Source of the DNA: Pseudomonadota bacterium
GTDB taxonomy: Bacteria > Pseudomonadota > Alphaproteobacteria > Rhizobiales > Xanthobacteraceae
Direction: 5' to 3'
Assembly (NCBI GenBank): GCA_023404675.1
Contig: JAEYAW010000031.1
Location: forward strand, 56,427 to 120,426
DNA: 64,000 nt
This document shows positions 1 through 9,404 of this stretch, piece after piece. Position numbers and translations under genes: made by a program. Under the pieces are notes generated by a model. It saw nothing but the letters and a program-made list of their open reading frames with translations. It did not search any database and was not told the origin of the DNA. The stretch's first letter is position 1, and every line of letters begins with the position of its first letter.

Positions 1-1215
1 TTCGGCTCCCTCGCCTGGACGGGCAAGGGCCATGCCACCGACACCGCGATCGTGCTGGGGCTATGCGGCGAGAGTCCCGCCTCGATCGATCCGGACGCGG
101 TGGCGGGCATTGTCGATGGCTGTGCGCGGGCGGAACGGATTCCTCCGCAGCACGGCGGCTTTCGCTTCAATCCGCAGACTGACATCGTCTTCAATCTGGT
201 CGATGTGCTGCCGCGCCACTCCAACGCCATGCGCTTCGAACTGCGGGACGGCGACGATCTCATCGCTGAAGACATGTTCTATTCCGTCGGCGGCGGCTTC
301 GTCGTGCATCACGACGATGAAGGCCCCATCGAATCCTATATCGCCGTGCCGAAGCCATTTACAAGCGTCGACGAACTGCTGAGGCGGTGCGATGAGGCAA
401 ATCTCTCTATCGCGGACGTGCAGATGGCGAACGAACTGGCACTGCGCCCGCGCGACGATCTTCTCGCCAGCCTCTCTGCTGTTCGCGACGCGATGTTCGC
501 CTGCATCGACCGGGGCCTGCGCATGGACGGCGAACTCCCCGGCGGGCTCGCGGTGCGGCGGCGCGCGAAGGCGCTGCACGAGCAGCTTCTCGCCAGCCGG
601 CGCGACAACCGCATCGCGCCACATCAGGCGATGGACTGGGTGAGCGCTTATGCGATTGCGGTCAACGAGGAGAACGCGGCCGGCGGACGGGTGGTGACCG
701 CTCCCACCAACGGCGCGGCCGGCATCGTGCCCGCCGTGCTGCGCTATTTCCGCGACTTCTGCCCCGAATACACCGAAGATCTGAGCCTGACTTTTCTGCT
801 GACGGCGGCCGCGATCGGCAGTCTCATCAAGCGCAACGCCTCGATTTCCGGCGCTGAAGTCGGCTGCCAGGGCGAAGTCGGCTCGGCGTCCGCGATGGCT
901 GCGGCCGGGCTCGCCGCCGTGCTCGGCGGTACGCCGCGTCAGGTGGAGAACGCCGCCGAGATCGCCATCGAGCATCATCTCGGCATGACCTGCGATCCCA
1001 TCGCAGGCCTCGTGCAGATTCCCTGCATCGAGCGCAACGCCTTCGGCGCGATCAAATCGATCGCGGCAGCCTCGCTCGCCCTGCATGGCGACGGACTGCA
1101 CCGGGTATCGCTGGACGAGGTGATCGAGACCATGCGCCAGACCGGCGTGGACATGGCCTCGAAATACAAGGAGACCTCGCAGGGAGGTCTCGCGGTGAAC
1201 GTCGCCGCGTGTTGA
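1..1215 (+). CDS. sdaA: L-serine ammonia-lyase (iron-sulfur L-serine dehydratase), 5'-truncated by the window edge
   Basis: Frame 1 is open from nt 1. The translation [23 protein letters not shown] ... [24 protein letters not shown] ... [10 protein letters not shown] matches the conserved core of single-chain L-serine dehydratases. The N-terminus lies outside the window. Confidence 0.9.
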   Translation, partial: FGSLAWTGKGHATDTAIVLGLCGESPASIDPDAVAGIVDGCARAERIPPQHGGFRFNPQTDIVFNLVDVLPRHSNAMRFELRDGDDLIAEDMFYSVGGGFVVHHDDEGPIESYIAVPKPFTSVDELLRRCDEANLSIADVQMANELALRPRDDLLASLSAVRDAMFACIDRGLRMDGELPGGLAVRRRAKALHEQLLASRRDNRIAPHQAMDWVSAYAIAVNEENAAGGRVVTAPTNGAAGIVPAVLRYFRDFCPEYTEDLSLTFLLTAAAIGSLIKRNASISGAEVGCQGEVGSASAMAAAGLAAVLGGTPRQVENAAEIAIEHHLGMTCDPIAGLVQIPCIERNAFGAIKSIAAASLALHGDGLHRVSLDEVIETMRQTGVDMASKYKETSQGGLAVNVAAC

Positions 1216-1263
1216 TGCGGCGATGCGTTCGCCCGACGGCCACGTCACGCCAAAATGCCACGG

Positions 1264-1310
1264 CGCAAAGAAAACGCCACAGCCGGCCGATATGGCATCG
1301 GCCGGCTGTG
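1264..1310 (-). terminator. Rho-independent terminator candidate downstream of the ABC transporter operon
   Basis: A 14-bp perfect stem (CACAGCCGGCCGAT / ATCGGCCGGCTGTG, 1278-1291 and 1297-1310) with a 5-nt loop. On the minus strand it is followed by GCGTTTTCTTTGCG. It lies 52 nt past the stop of the binding-protein gene. Confidence 0.6.
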
Positions 1311-1361
1311 CGGATCAAAGGGCCGCGGGGCAGATCGCCGCGCGGCCGCATGCTCTGGCAA

Positions 1362-2456
1362 TCACTTCAGCTTGGAAAGATCTTCCTTCTTGGCGTCGGC
1401 GATGATCGCCGCGCGATCATACTTGTTGGCTTCGTCCACGAACTGATTGGTGAACACTTTCTCAAGCGGCGGCGTGGCGGGCATCGCGCCCTGATCCTTC
1501 AGGAACACCAGCAGGCGCTGCCAGTCGTCCCCGATGAAGAGGCCATGCTTGTCGCCGACCTTCGGGCTGTTCCAGATCGAAAGGCGGCCCTGATTGACGG
1601 CGACGCCCTCCTTCAGCGCCTCCGCCGGATCCGGGTTCTTCGACTTCGCTTCCGGATAGGCCTTCCAGGTGATCAGAACGGCGGCTTCCGGATTGGCCAT
1701 GCTGTAGTCGTAGCCCTTGGCGATGGCGCGCGCGACGCCGGCCAGCATCTTCGGGTTCCTCTCGATCGTCTCCGTGCGCGTCAGCATGCTGACGTCGGGC
1801 AGCGTGCGGATTTCATCCGCCGCCGGGATGTTGCGCAGCTTCAGGCCGGAGAAGGCGAGCTTGGCCAGCGCGGCATCCCAGAAGATCACGCCGTCCACCA
1901 TCTTCTGCTTGACCGAGGTCATGGCCTGCGCGCCGAGGCCGATCGGCAGGAACGCCACGTCCGTCTGAGGATCGAGGCCGGCGGCCTTCGCGAAAGCCTT
2001 CGCAAAGGTGATGCCGGCACTTCCCATGGATTGCACGCCGAGCTTCTTGCCCTTCAGGTCCGCCATGGTCTTGATCGTGCTATCTGGCTCGACGGCGACC
2101 GACCAGATATTGGCGTAGTACAAATCATAGAAATAGCGGATGTCGAGCTTGCCGGACTGGATTCCGATGATCGCCTCGCCGGGCGAGGCCGCACCGACTT
2201 CGGCATTGCCGGCCGAGACCTGCAACGCGGCCTCATTGGAGCCGCCGACCGCGAGCAGCGTCACGTCGAGACCCTCGGCCTCGAAATATCCCTTCGCCTT
2301 CGCCACCACGAACGGCGAGAAGGCTTCATCGATGGTCCGCACCGGAATGAGAATACGCACCTTCTCCAGCGACCACGCCGTTTGCGCGGAGGCAAGACTC
2401 GCCCCGAGCACCAGCGCCGCACCAACCAGGCCGCGCGAAACGAACTTCATTGCCAT
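1362..2456 (-). CDS. ABC transporter periplasmic substrate-binding protein (NMT1/THI5-like, NitT/TauT family)
   Basis: 364-aa ORF with a signal peptide (MAMKFVSRGLVGAALVLGASLASAQ) and an SsuA/TauA/NMT1-like binding-protein character. It is the last gene of a 3-gene transporter operon. Confidence 0.85.
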   Translation of the reverse strand: MAMKFVSRGLVGAALVLGASLASAQTAWSLEKVRILIPVRTIDEAFSPFVVAKAKGYFEAEGLDVTLLAVGGSNEAALQVSAGNAEVGAASPGEAIIGIQSGKLDIRYFYDLYYANIWSVAVEPDSTIKTMADLKGKKLGVQSMGSAGITFAKAFAKAAGLDPQTDVAFLPIGLGAQAMTSVKQKMVDGVIFWDAALAKLAFSGLKLRNIPAADEIRTLPDVSMLTRTETIERNPKMLAGVARAIAKGYDYSMANPEAAVLITWKAYPEAKSKNPDPAEALKEGVAVNQGRLSIWNSPKVGDKHGLFIGDDWQRLLVFLKDQGAMPATPPLEKVFTNQFVDEANKYDRAAIIADAKKEDLSKLK

Positions 2457-2492
2457 ATATGATCCCCGTCTGTGTGATAGCGGTGTGTGAGC

Positions 2493-3284
2493 TCAGACCA
2501 GTGCCGGCCCGTCGTTGCGGCGAATCCAGAAGATCAGGCGACGCGCGCCGAACCGCATCGCGCCGTGCATGGCAAGGCCGATCACCGACAGCACGATCAG
2601 GACCGCGAAGACGCCGGCGATATCCAGATTGAAGTTCAGCGCGATGATAAGATAGCCGAGCCCGACCTGCGCGCCGACGAACTCGCCGACGATCGCGCCG
2701 ATCACCGCGAGCACGGTTGCGATTTCAAGGCCCGCAAAGATCAGCACCAATGCAGATGGGATGCGCAGCCGCATCAGCGTCTGCCACGACGTCGCCCCGA
2801 ACGCCTTCATCATGTCGAGCTGGTCGCGGTCGGTCGAATGAAATCCGGCGACCACGCTGACCAGGATGGGAAAGAAACAAACCAGCGCGGTGATGACCAC
2901 CTTGGATGTCAGACCGTAGCCAAACCAGATGACGAACAGCGGCGCGATGGCGATCTTCGGCAGCGTCTGCAATGCCACGAGATAGGGATAGACGAGACGC
3001 TCCATGACGGGAATCAGGGAGATCGCGGCACCGATCACGAGGCCTGCGACCACGCCCAGCAAAAAGCCGGACACGATTTCAAAGGACGTGGCCCACAGAT
3101 GGGGCCAGACCGTGCCGTCGACGATCATCGCGTAGAGCTTCACCACGACCGCGGATGGCGGCGGCAGGATCAGCGCGGAGATGTTGAAAAGGCGGCACGC
3201 GCCCTCCCACAGGATCAGCACCACGGCGGCCAGCATGAGCGACTGCACGCGGTGTGCGTGGAATACCGTTGATACCGAGCTCAT
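2493..3284 (-). CDS. ABC transporter permease (NitT/TauT family)
   Basis: Multi-TM ORF (track 2493..3338). I start it at the internal ATG at 3284 (MSSVSTVF...), which overlaps the upstream ATPase stop as ATGA. Confidence 0.85.
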   Translation of the reverse strand: MSSVSTVFHAHRVQSLMLAAVVLILWEGACRLFNISALILPPPSAVVVKLYAMIVDGTVWPHLWATSFEIVSGFLLGVVAGLVIGAAISLIPVMERLVYPYLVALQTLPKIAIAPLFVIWFGYGLTSKVVITALVCFFPILVSVVAGFHSTDRDQLDMMKAFGATSWQTLMRLRIPSALVLIFAGLEIATVLAVIGAIVGEFVGAQVGLGYLIIALNFNLDIAGVFAVLIVLSVIGLAMHGAMRFGARRLIFWIRRNDGPALV

Positions 3285-4120
3285 AGCGACGACACCGCGT
3301 TGGCTTCGGCCCCGAAAAGACCGCGAATATGATCGCACAACTCGCCGAAACGCGGCTGCCCCATGGTGCGCAGATCGCGTGGCCGCGGAATATCGACATC
3401 CACGATCTCGGAAATCCGCCCCGGACGCGGCGACATCACCACGACGCGATCGCCCAGCAGCACGGCCTCCGGGATGCTGTGGGTGATGAAGAACACCGTC
3501 ATGCGCTGCTCGGCCCAGATCCGCATCAGCTCGACGTTCATGGTCTCGCGCGTCATCGCGTCCAGCGCGCCGAACGGCTCGTCCATCAGGAGCAGTTTCG
3601 GATCGCGCATCAGCGCGCGGGCGATCGAGACGCGCTGCTGCATGCCGCCGGACAATTCGAACGGATATTTCTGGGTAAAGTCCTGCAGCCCCATGAGAGC
3701 GAGCAGTTGCTCGGCCCGCGAGACCGCGGCGGGCGTGCGCTTCCCTTTCAGCACCACGGGAAGAAGAATGTTATCGAGCACGGTATTCCATGGCAGCAAC
3801 ACCGCCTGCTGGAACACCACGGCCGCCTCGTCGCGCGGCTTGTCGATCCTCTTGCCGGCGAACTGAACGTCGCCAGACGACGCGCCTTCGAGGCCCGCGA
3901 GAATACGCAGCAGCGTCGTCTTCCCGCATCCGCTCGGGCCGACGACGGAGATGAACTCGTTATCCTGAATGTCGAGATTGATATCGCGCAAAGCATGCAC
4001 GATGCCACCGGAGCGCGTCGCAAAACGCTTCTCGATGCTGCAAATGCGGATCAGCGGTTCGCCGTCCGGTGCGGGACTGCCCGTCGCCGCCTCATCAGGC
4101 CGTCTTGCGAGCTTCGTCAT
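3281..4120 (-). CDS. ABC transporter ATP-binding protein (NitT/TauT family)
   Basis: Walker A GPSGCGKTT, ABC signature LSGGMQQR, Walker B LLLMDEPFGALD. Confidence 0.92.
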   Translation of the reverse strand: MTKLARRPDEAATGSPAPDGEPLIRICSIEKRFATRSGGIVHALRDINLDIQDNEFISVVGPSGCGKTTLLRILAGLEGASSGDVQFAGKRIDKPRDEAAVVFQQAVLLPWNTVLDNILLPVVLKGKRTPAAVSRAEQLLALMGLQDFTQKYPFELSGGMQQRVSIARALMRDPKLLLMDEPFGALDAMTRETMNVELMRIWAEQRMTVFFITHSIPEAVLLGDRVVVMSPRPGRISEIVDVDIPRPRDLRTMGQPRFGELCDHIRGLFGAEANAVSSL

Positions 4121-4157
4121 CCTGTCCGTTTCATGCCTTGATCACAGGCGCATATCG

Positions 4158-4175
4158 CCTTGATCTGGATCAAGG
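4158..4175. promoter_or_regulatory. Perfect palindrome CCTTGATC-TG-GATCAAGG in the ABC operon leader
   Basis: 8-bp inverted arms with a 2-nt spacer, 38 nt upstream of the ATPase start codon (4120). Function unknown. Confidence 0.3.
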
Positions 4176-4186
4176 ATAGGTGGCAG

Positions 4187-4202
4187 TTGACTAACTAGTC
4201 AA
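4187..4202. promoter_or_regulatory. Candidate TetR operator TTGACTA-AC-TAGTCAA
   Basis: Perfect 7-bp inverted arms, 67 nt upstream of the ABC ATPase start. It matches the site at 8923-8938 at 14 of 16 positions. Confidence 0.4.
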
Positions 4203-4429
4203 TACATTTGAGCCGATCTAATAATCGGTCATCCAGCCCCGTTCTGAACACCTGACCGGGTGAAATGGATGCGTGCCACGAAAACAGGCTGCACTGCCGT
4301 GGCGGCGGCAACTCTCTGCAACATGCTCGCGAGTGATTACAGCGGGTTGAGCGCTTCTGCGCGCACGTCCCGCGCTTCGCAGCCGGTTTGTTGATCACCA
4401 TGCCGCACGATGCGGCAGGACATGCGCCG

Positions 4430-5101
4430 CTAACCAGCAACGAGATCCTTCACCGTTTTTTTCTTCACGGCGGGCGCCGGCTGCAGACAATACAGCAGCA
4501 CGATCTCGGTGACATGATCCAGCCACTCGCGTTGCAGCGCCTCGTCGCTGAAATCGCGGTCGAGCGCGAACTTGAGCGTATACTGGTTGGACAGATAGTG
4601 ATAACAGAGCGACGACAGCGTCAAGTAGACGACGGTCGGATCCAGCGCGGGCCTGAACACACCGCTGGCTGCTCCGCGCTCAAGAATCGATGCCACCGTC
4701 CCCACCAGCGGGTTATAGAGTTCCCGCATCCGCGCCGATTTCTTGATATACTTTCCGCGATGCTTGTTTTCCTCGTTCATCAGCCGGATCGCGGTCGGAT
4801 TGTCGCGAAACGCGAAGAACGTGTGCTCAACAAGCTGCCGCATCGCAGCCACCGGCTCGTTGGCGCGCACCGACAGATCCTTCTGCCTCTCGCGCAGGGC
4901 CTGATACACATACTCCAGCGAAGCGACGAACAGCCCCTCCTTCGACTTGAAGTAATAATAAAGCATGTTTTTGCTGACGCGGCAGCGCTCCGCGATCCGG
5001 TCGACCCGCGCGCCCTCAAAGCCGATCCGGGCGAACTCCTCGGTGGCAAGCTTCAGAATCCTGGCGCGGACACGAGACGGATCGTTGCTGCGAGGGGCCA
5101 A
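4430..5101 (-). CDS. TetR/AcrR family transcriptional regulator
   Basis: N-terminal HTH region RILKLATEEFARIGFEGARVDRIAERCRVSKNMLYYYFKSKEGLF is typical of TetR regulators. 223 aa. Confidence 0.9.
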   Translation of the reverse strand: MAPRSNDPSRVRARILKLATEEFARIGFEGARVDRIAERCRVSKNMLYYYFKSKEGLFVASLEYVYQALRERQKDLSVRANEPVAAMRQLVEHTFFAFRDNPTAIRLMNEENKHRGKYIKKSARMRELYNPLVGTVASILERGAASGVFRPALDPTVVYLTLSSLCYHYLSNQYTLKFALDRDFSDEALQREWLDHVTEIVLLYCLQPAPAVKKKTVKDLVAG

Positions 5102-5173
5102 GGCGCGGCTCTCTTGTAAGGGTGGCGGATCATGTGTCCCGGAAGGGGGCTGCTTCCGGGACCAGCCATCCTA

Positions 5174-7459
5174 CTATGCGCGCGCGGTCTGCGCATCCTC
5201 TGCCATTTGCCAGATGCGCGCGGGCGACAGCGGCAATTCCATCGGCTCGACGCCCAGATGCCGCAATGCGTCGGCAACCGCGTTCGCCATGATGCCGCCG
5301 ACCGGGATCAGGCCGCCCTCGCCCGCCCCCTTCGCGCCGAGCGGGTTGTTCGGGCATGGTTTCAGCTCGAGGGTGATGGAACGGATATGCGGAAAGTCCG
5401 AGGCCGTCGGCAGCAGATAGTCTGCGAATGATCCGGTCAGAAGCTGGCCCTGATCGTCGTAGACGAGGTGTTCGAGGAACGCGCCGCCGAGCCCCTGCAC
5501 GATCGAGCCGATCGCCTGTCCGTGCAGCGTCAGCGGATTGATCATGCGCCCCACATCCTCGACCGAAAGATAGTCGAGCACCTTGACGTGGCCGGTGCCG
5601 GGATCGACCGCCACATGGGCGGCCTGCGTGCCGTAGGCCCATGTGTATTTCTTGTTGAAGAACTCCGCCTCGATCTCGATGGGCTGATCCGACAGGCCGG
5701 CGAGCGCCAGCACCTTGTCGCCGTGGTACACCTGTTCGCCGTCGATCCTGACATCCTCGGCGGCACAGCCGAAGCGCAGCGCCGCCGCGGCGCGGATCGC
5801 CGCCTTCAGCTTCTCCGCGCCGATCAGCAGCGCCGAGCCGCCCATCACGGTAGAGCGTGAGTGATAGGCGCCGTAACCGTCCTTCACATGGGTCGTGGAG
5901 CCGTGGAAGATGGTGATGCGCTCGAACGGCAGTTCGGTGGCGTCGGCTGCGATCTGGCCCATGATGGTCTCAAGGCCCTGCCCGACCGACGACGAGCCCA
6001 TATAGACCGACAGCGAACCGTCGGTTTCCAGCACCAGCCGGCATTCTTCTTTCGGCCCGGCCGCGCCGCCCTCGATGAAGCTGCCCACGGCGATGCCATG
6101 ATAGTAGCCATCGATCAGCTTGCCGCTGAGCTTGCTCTTTTCCGCCCAGTCGAACTCGGCGATGCAGCGATCGAACACCGCGTGATAGTCGCCGCTGTCG
6201 AGTTCGGTCGAGCTGTCATAGGGGGTGATGCTCGGCAGCGGATAGGGCATCTGCTCGTCGGCGACAAGATTGCGCCGCCGCAGCTCGACCCGGTCGATGC
6301 CGAGATCCTTCGCCACCAGATCGATCAGGCGTTCGCGCGCGAAGTCGGTTTCGAAGCGGCCGGGGCCGCGATAGGTGCCGCTCGGCGTCTTGTTGGTGGT
6401 GAGCATCGTGCTCTTCAGGTCGACATGCTCGAACTGATACGGCCCGCACATGTACTGCGCGACGTTGCGCGGCCCGACCGAGCCGTTGGTGCGCACATAC
6501 GCGCCGATGTCAGCCCAGACCTGACCGCGCAGGCCGACGAAGCGGCCGTCCTTCATCACCGCGATCTCGACGTCGCATTCGATGTCGCGCGCGTGATTGG
6601 CGGTCATCATGTGCTCGCGGCGATCCTCGATCCACTTCACCGGCCGCCCGACGATCCTGGACGCGGCCGGGATCAGGAAGTCCTCGGGATAGAATTCCCC
6701 GCGCGAGCCGAAGCCACCGCCGACATCGACCTCAAGCAGATCCACGGATTCCAGCGGCAGGCCGAGCTGCGCCGCCAGCGTGCGGCGATTGTGCCAGGCC
6801 GTCTTGGCCGCGCCCCACACCGTCAGCTTGTTCGCGGCGGCATCCCACTCGGCCACGAAGCCGCGCGGCTCCATGAACATCGCGGCGTGGCGCTGCACGG
6901 CGAACCGCTCACGGCGCACATAGTCCGCCTTTGCAAAGGCGTCGTCCGCATCGCCGCGAAACGCGGACCAGGTGATGGCCTGATTGGAGCCGTGCTCCTC
7001 GAACAGCAGCGCGGCCGGCGCCAGCGCCGTCTGGCGGTCGATCACTGCGGGGAGCGGGGCGATATCGACCTCGATATCCTCCAGCGCATCCTCCGCGATG
7101 CTCTGGCTGTCGGCCAGCACCACGGCGAGCGGCTCGCCGACATAGCGCACCTTCGCATCGGCCAGCGTCGGCTGGTGAAAGGTTTCGAGCTGCGGCAGAG
7201 GCTGAAGACGCAGCGGAATTCTGGGGACGGCCTCACCCAGATCCGCCGCCACGATCACTCGCTGCACGCCGGGGCGCGCCAGCGCGCGGCTGACATCGAT
7301 ACCGCGCAACGTGCCATGCGCGACCGAACTGCGCAGGATCACCGCATAAAGCTGGCCCGGCCGGTTGACGTCGGCCACATAGGTTCCGCGTCCGCGCAGC
7401 AGCCGCAGATCTTCGACCCGCTCCATGGCACGGCCGATGTAGGAATTGGCAACCTTCAT
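5174..7459 (-). CDS. Molybdopterin-binding large subunit of a xanthine dehydrogenase/CO dehydrogenase-family hydroxylase
   Basis: Motifs VDVGGGFGSRGE, TYRGPGR and GAKGAGEGG. The start is placed at the internal ATG at 7459 ([23 protein letters not shown]), which overlaps the small-subunit stop as ATGA. The ORF track extends to 7537. Confidence 0.9.
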   Translation of the reverse strand: MKVANSYIGRAMERVEDLRLLRGRGTYVADVNRPGQLYAVILRSSVAHGTLRGIDVSRALARPGVQRVIVAADLGEAVPRIPLRLQPLPQLETFHQPTLADAKVRYVGEPLAVVLADSQSIAEDALEDIEVDIAPLPAVIDRQTALAPAALLFEEHGSNQAITWSAFRGDADDAFAKADYVRRERFAVQRHAAMFMEPRGFVAEWDAAANKLTVWGAAKTAWHNRRTLAAQLGLPLESVDLLEVDVGGGFGSRGEFYPEDFLIPAASRIVGRPVKWIEDRREHMMTANHARDIECDVEIAVMKDGRFVGLRGQVWADIGAYVRTNGSVGPRNVAQYMCGPYQFEHVDLKSTMLTTNKTPSGTYRGPGRFETDFARERLIDLVAKDLGIDRVELRRRNLVADEQMPYPLPSITPYDSSTELDSGDYHAVFDRCIAEFDWAEKSKLSGKLIDGYYHGIAVGSFIEGGAAGPKEECRLVLETDGSLSVYMGSSSVGQGLETIMGQIAADATELPFERITIFHGSTTHVKDGYGAYHSRSTVMGGSALLIGAEKLKAAIRAAAALRFGCAAEDVRIDGEQVYHGDKVLALAGLSDQPIEIEAEFFNKKYTWAYGTQAAHVAVDPGTGHVKVLDYLSVEDVGRMINPLTLHGQAIGSIVQGLGGAFLEHLVYDDQGQLLTGSFADYLLPTASDFPHIRSITLELKPCPNNPLGAKGAGEGGLIPVGGIMANAVADALRHLGVEPMELPLSPARIWQMAEDAQTARA

Positions 7460-7929
7460 GACCGATCCCCGCGCACATAATATTGACGGGCTTCGAGCAC
7501 CGCCTCGATGATCGGCACATAGCCGGTGCAGCGGCACAGGTTGCCGGAGAGCGCATCGCGGATGCGCTCCTCGTCGGCATCCGGTTCACTGCTCAGCAGC
7601 GCATGGGCCGTGGTGATGAAGCCGGGCGTGCAGAAGCCGCACTGCAGCGCGTGATGCTTGCGGAACGCGGCCTGCAGCGGCGACAGTTCGTCGCCGGACA
7701 ATCCCTCGACCGACACCACCTGCTCGCCTTTCACCTGCACCGCGAGCATCAGGCACGAGCGCACCGCCTCGCCGTTGACGATGACGGTGCACGCGCCGCA
7801 CACGCCGTGCTCGCAGCCGAGATGCGTTCCGGTTTGCCCGCACTGATCGCGCAGGCAGTCCGCAAGGCTGGTGCGAGGCTCGATATCGACACTGACGTCA
7901 GCGCCGTTGAGATTGAAATCGACTTTCAT
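7456..7929 (-). CDS. [2Fe-2S]-binding small subunit of the molybdenum hydroxylase
   Basis: Cysteine motifs [18 protein letters not shown] and CRCTGY are typical of CoxS/XdhC-type iron-sulfur subunits. Confidence 0.92.
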   Translation of the reverse strand: MKVDFNLNGADVSVDIEPRTSLADCLRDQCGQTGTHLGCEHGVCGACTVIVNGEAVRSCLMLAVQVKGEQVVSVEGLSGDELSPLQAAFRKHHALQCGFCTPGFITTAHALLSSEPDADEERIRDALSGNLCRCTGYVPIIEAVLEARQYYVRGDRS

Positions 7930-7944
7930 TTGTCTCCCCAGATC

Positions 7945-8805
7945 CTACCGCGCCGCGGCTTCGGCGAGGGCGCGCACCACCAGCGTGGACAGCAGCCCCT
8001 TGCGATAGGCCGAGGGCGCATGAATGTCCGAAGGCGGATCGATCTCGGCCTTCGCTGCTGCGGCGACGGCGGCGATCGCCTGATCGGTCACCGCCTGCCC
8101 CGACAGAACACCCTCAGCGCCCGTGAGCCGCACCGGCGTGTCGGCCACGCCGATCGCGCCGATATGCACGTTGGTCGCCCTGCCGCTTTCATCGGGATCG
8201 TAGAACAGCGCGACGCCGGCCATCGCGAAATCGCCCTTGCGGCGCGCGAATTCCTTGAACGCCCAGCGCCGCGTCACGGGCCATGCGGGCAGCAGCACGC
8301 TGGTGAGCACCTCGTCGCTGGCGAGCGAGGTTTCCAGCGGGCCTGTGAAAAAGTCCGCGGCGTTTTCGACGCGCACACCATCAGGTCCGGCAATGCTGAT
8401 CTGCGCATCGCATGTCAGCGCCACGCCCGGCATCTCCGCCGAGGGGTCAGCATGCGCCAGCGAGCCACCGACCGTGCCGCGATTGCGCACCTGATAATGC
8501 GCCACATGCGTGATCGCTTCCGCGAGCAGCGGGTGAGCCGCTGCAAGCTGCGTGGAGCGCGCGATATCGCACCAGCGCACCCGCGCGCCCAGCCGCACGC
8601 CCTCGGCATCGATGGCAATGGCGCCGAGATCGGGCACGTGTTTCAGATCGACAAGTGTCTCCGGCGCTGCAAGGCGAAACGCCAGCAACGGCATCAGACT
8701 CTGTCCGCCGGATATCAGCTTGGCGTTACCCTGCCCCGCCTGCAGGAAGCTGATCGCCTCCTGCAACGAGGTCGGCGATTTGTAGTCAAAGGCGGCGGGC
8801 TTCAT
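7945..8805 (-). CDS. FAD-binding medium subunit of the molybdenum hydroxylase
   Basis: CoxM/FAD_binding_5-like motifs: LISGGQSLMPLLAFRLA and VRNRGTVGGSLAHADP. 286 aa. First gene of the M-S-L order. Confidence 0.9.
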   Translation of the reverse strand: MKPAAFDYKSPTSLQEAISFLQAGQGNAKLISGGQSLMPLLAFRLAAPETLVDLKHVPDLGAIAIDAEGVRLGARVRWCDIARSTQLAAAHPLLAEAITHVAHYQVRNRGTVGGSLAHADPSAEMPGVALTCDAQISIAGPDGVRVENAADFFTGPLETSLASDEVLTSVLLPAWPVTRRWAFKEFARRKGDFAMAGVALFYDPDESGRATNVHIGAIGVADTPVRLTGAEGVLSGQAVTDQAIAAVAAAAKAEIDPPSDIHAPSAYRKGLLSTLVVRALAEAAAR

Positions 8806-8922
8806 GGATTCTCCGGACGGCCAATGCGCCAGTCACCAATTCCGCTCGGCACCCGAGACGGGATCGCATCGTGACTGGAGTGACGTCGCGCCATACTGCG
8901 CATGTTTAGAACATGTCTTATG

Positions 8923-8938
8923 TTGACCATCTAGTCAA
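8923..8938. promoter_or_regulatory. Candidate TetR operator TTGACCATCTAGTCAA
   Basis: 118 nt upstream of the FAD-subunit start (8805). 14 of 16 nt are identical to the palindrome at 4187-4202. A second palindrome, CATGTT-TAG-AACATG, lies adjacent at 8901-8915. Confidence 0.4.
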
Positions 8939-9328
8939 CACGACGTCGCGTGGTTCACAGGCTGCTCAATAATCATGCGCCGTGACGCGGCGGCGGGCAT
9001 CGGACTTCGCAAGACCCGTGGGTGGTCGGGGCAAGACCACGCCATGACAAGGAAAGGCCGCGACTACAGCAGGTTCTTCCGGTCAGGCTCTGAGGTCCGC
9101 TTCGCGGGATTGGAGCTGTGCAGCCTTCTGCCCCTCGGCCTCCAGCCGGGTGGCGCGGCCGAGCCGCAGGAAGTGGCAGTTCCGCGATGGAGGCGGGCCC
9201 GGACGCCGAACATTCGGGCCATCGGTGCCCACAGCACGAAATGACCGTAAAAAAAGCCGCCTTCCCGCTGGACATGGCAAAACGTCCTTGCTAAACGACG
9301 CCCCTCCGCAGCCACTGGCTGGTCTGAG

Positions 9329-9404
<76 letters not shown>

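Noticed and set aside
4244-4268. String CTGAACACCTGACCGGGTGAAATGG, resembling the pyrophosphate-sensor arm of a TPP riboswitch and tempting because the operon encodes an NMT1/THI5-like binding protein.
   Set aside because: It lies on the plus strand while the operon is on the minus strand. No CUGAGA element or complete THI-box can be assembled, and the similarity is partial.
5174-8805. Annotating the M-S-L cluster as aerobic CO dehydrogenase (coxMSL).
   Set aside because: The large-subunit loop reads GTYRGPGR rather than the form I AYxCSFR signature, and no coxDEFG-type accessory genes are present. Only the family-level call is supported.
8905-8921. Irr iron-control-element-like sequence TTTAGAA-CAT-GTCTTAT upstream of the hydroxylase operon, plus a lone TTTAGAA half-site at 10154-10160 upstream of the TonB receptor.
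   Set aside because: The second half-site matches TTCTAAA at only 4 of 7 positions. The TTTAGAA is better explained as the centre of the CATGTT-TAG-AACATG palindrome. The 10154 site has no partner half-site. I also saw no convincing Fur-box upstream of the receptor.
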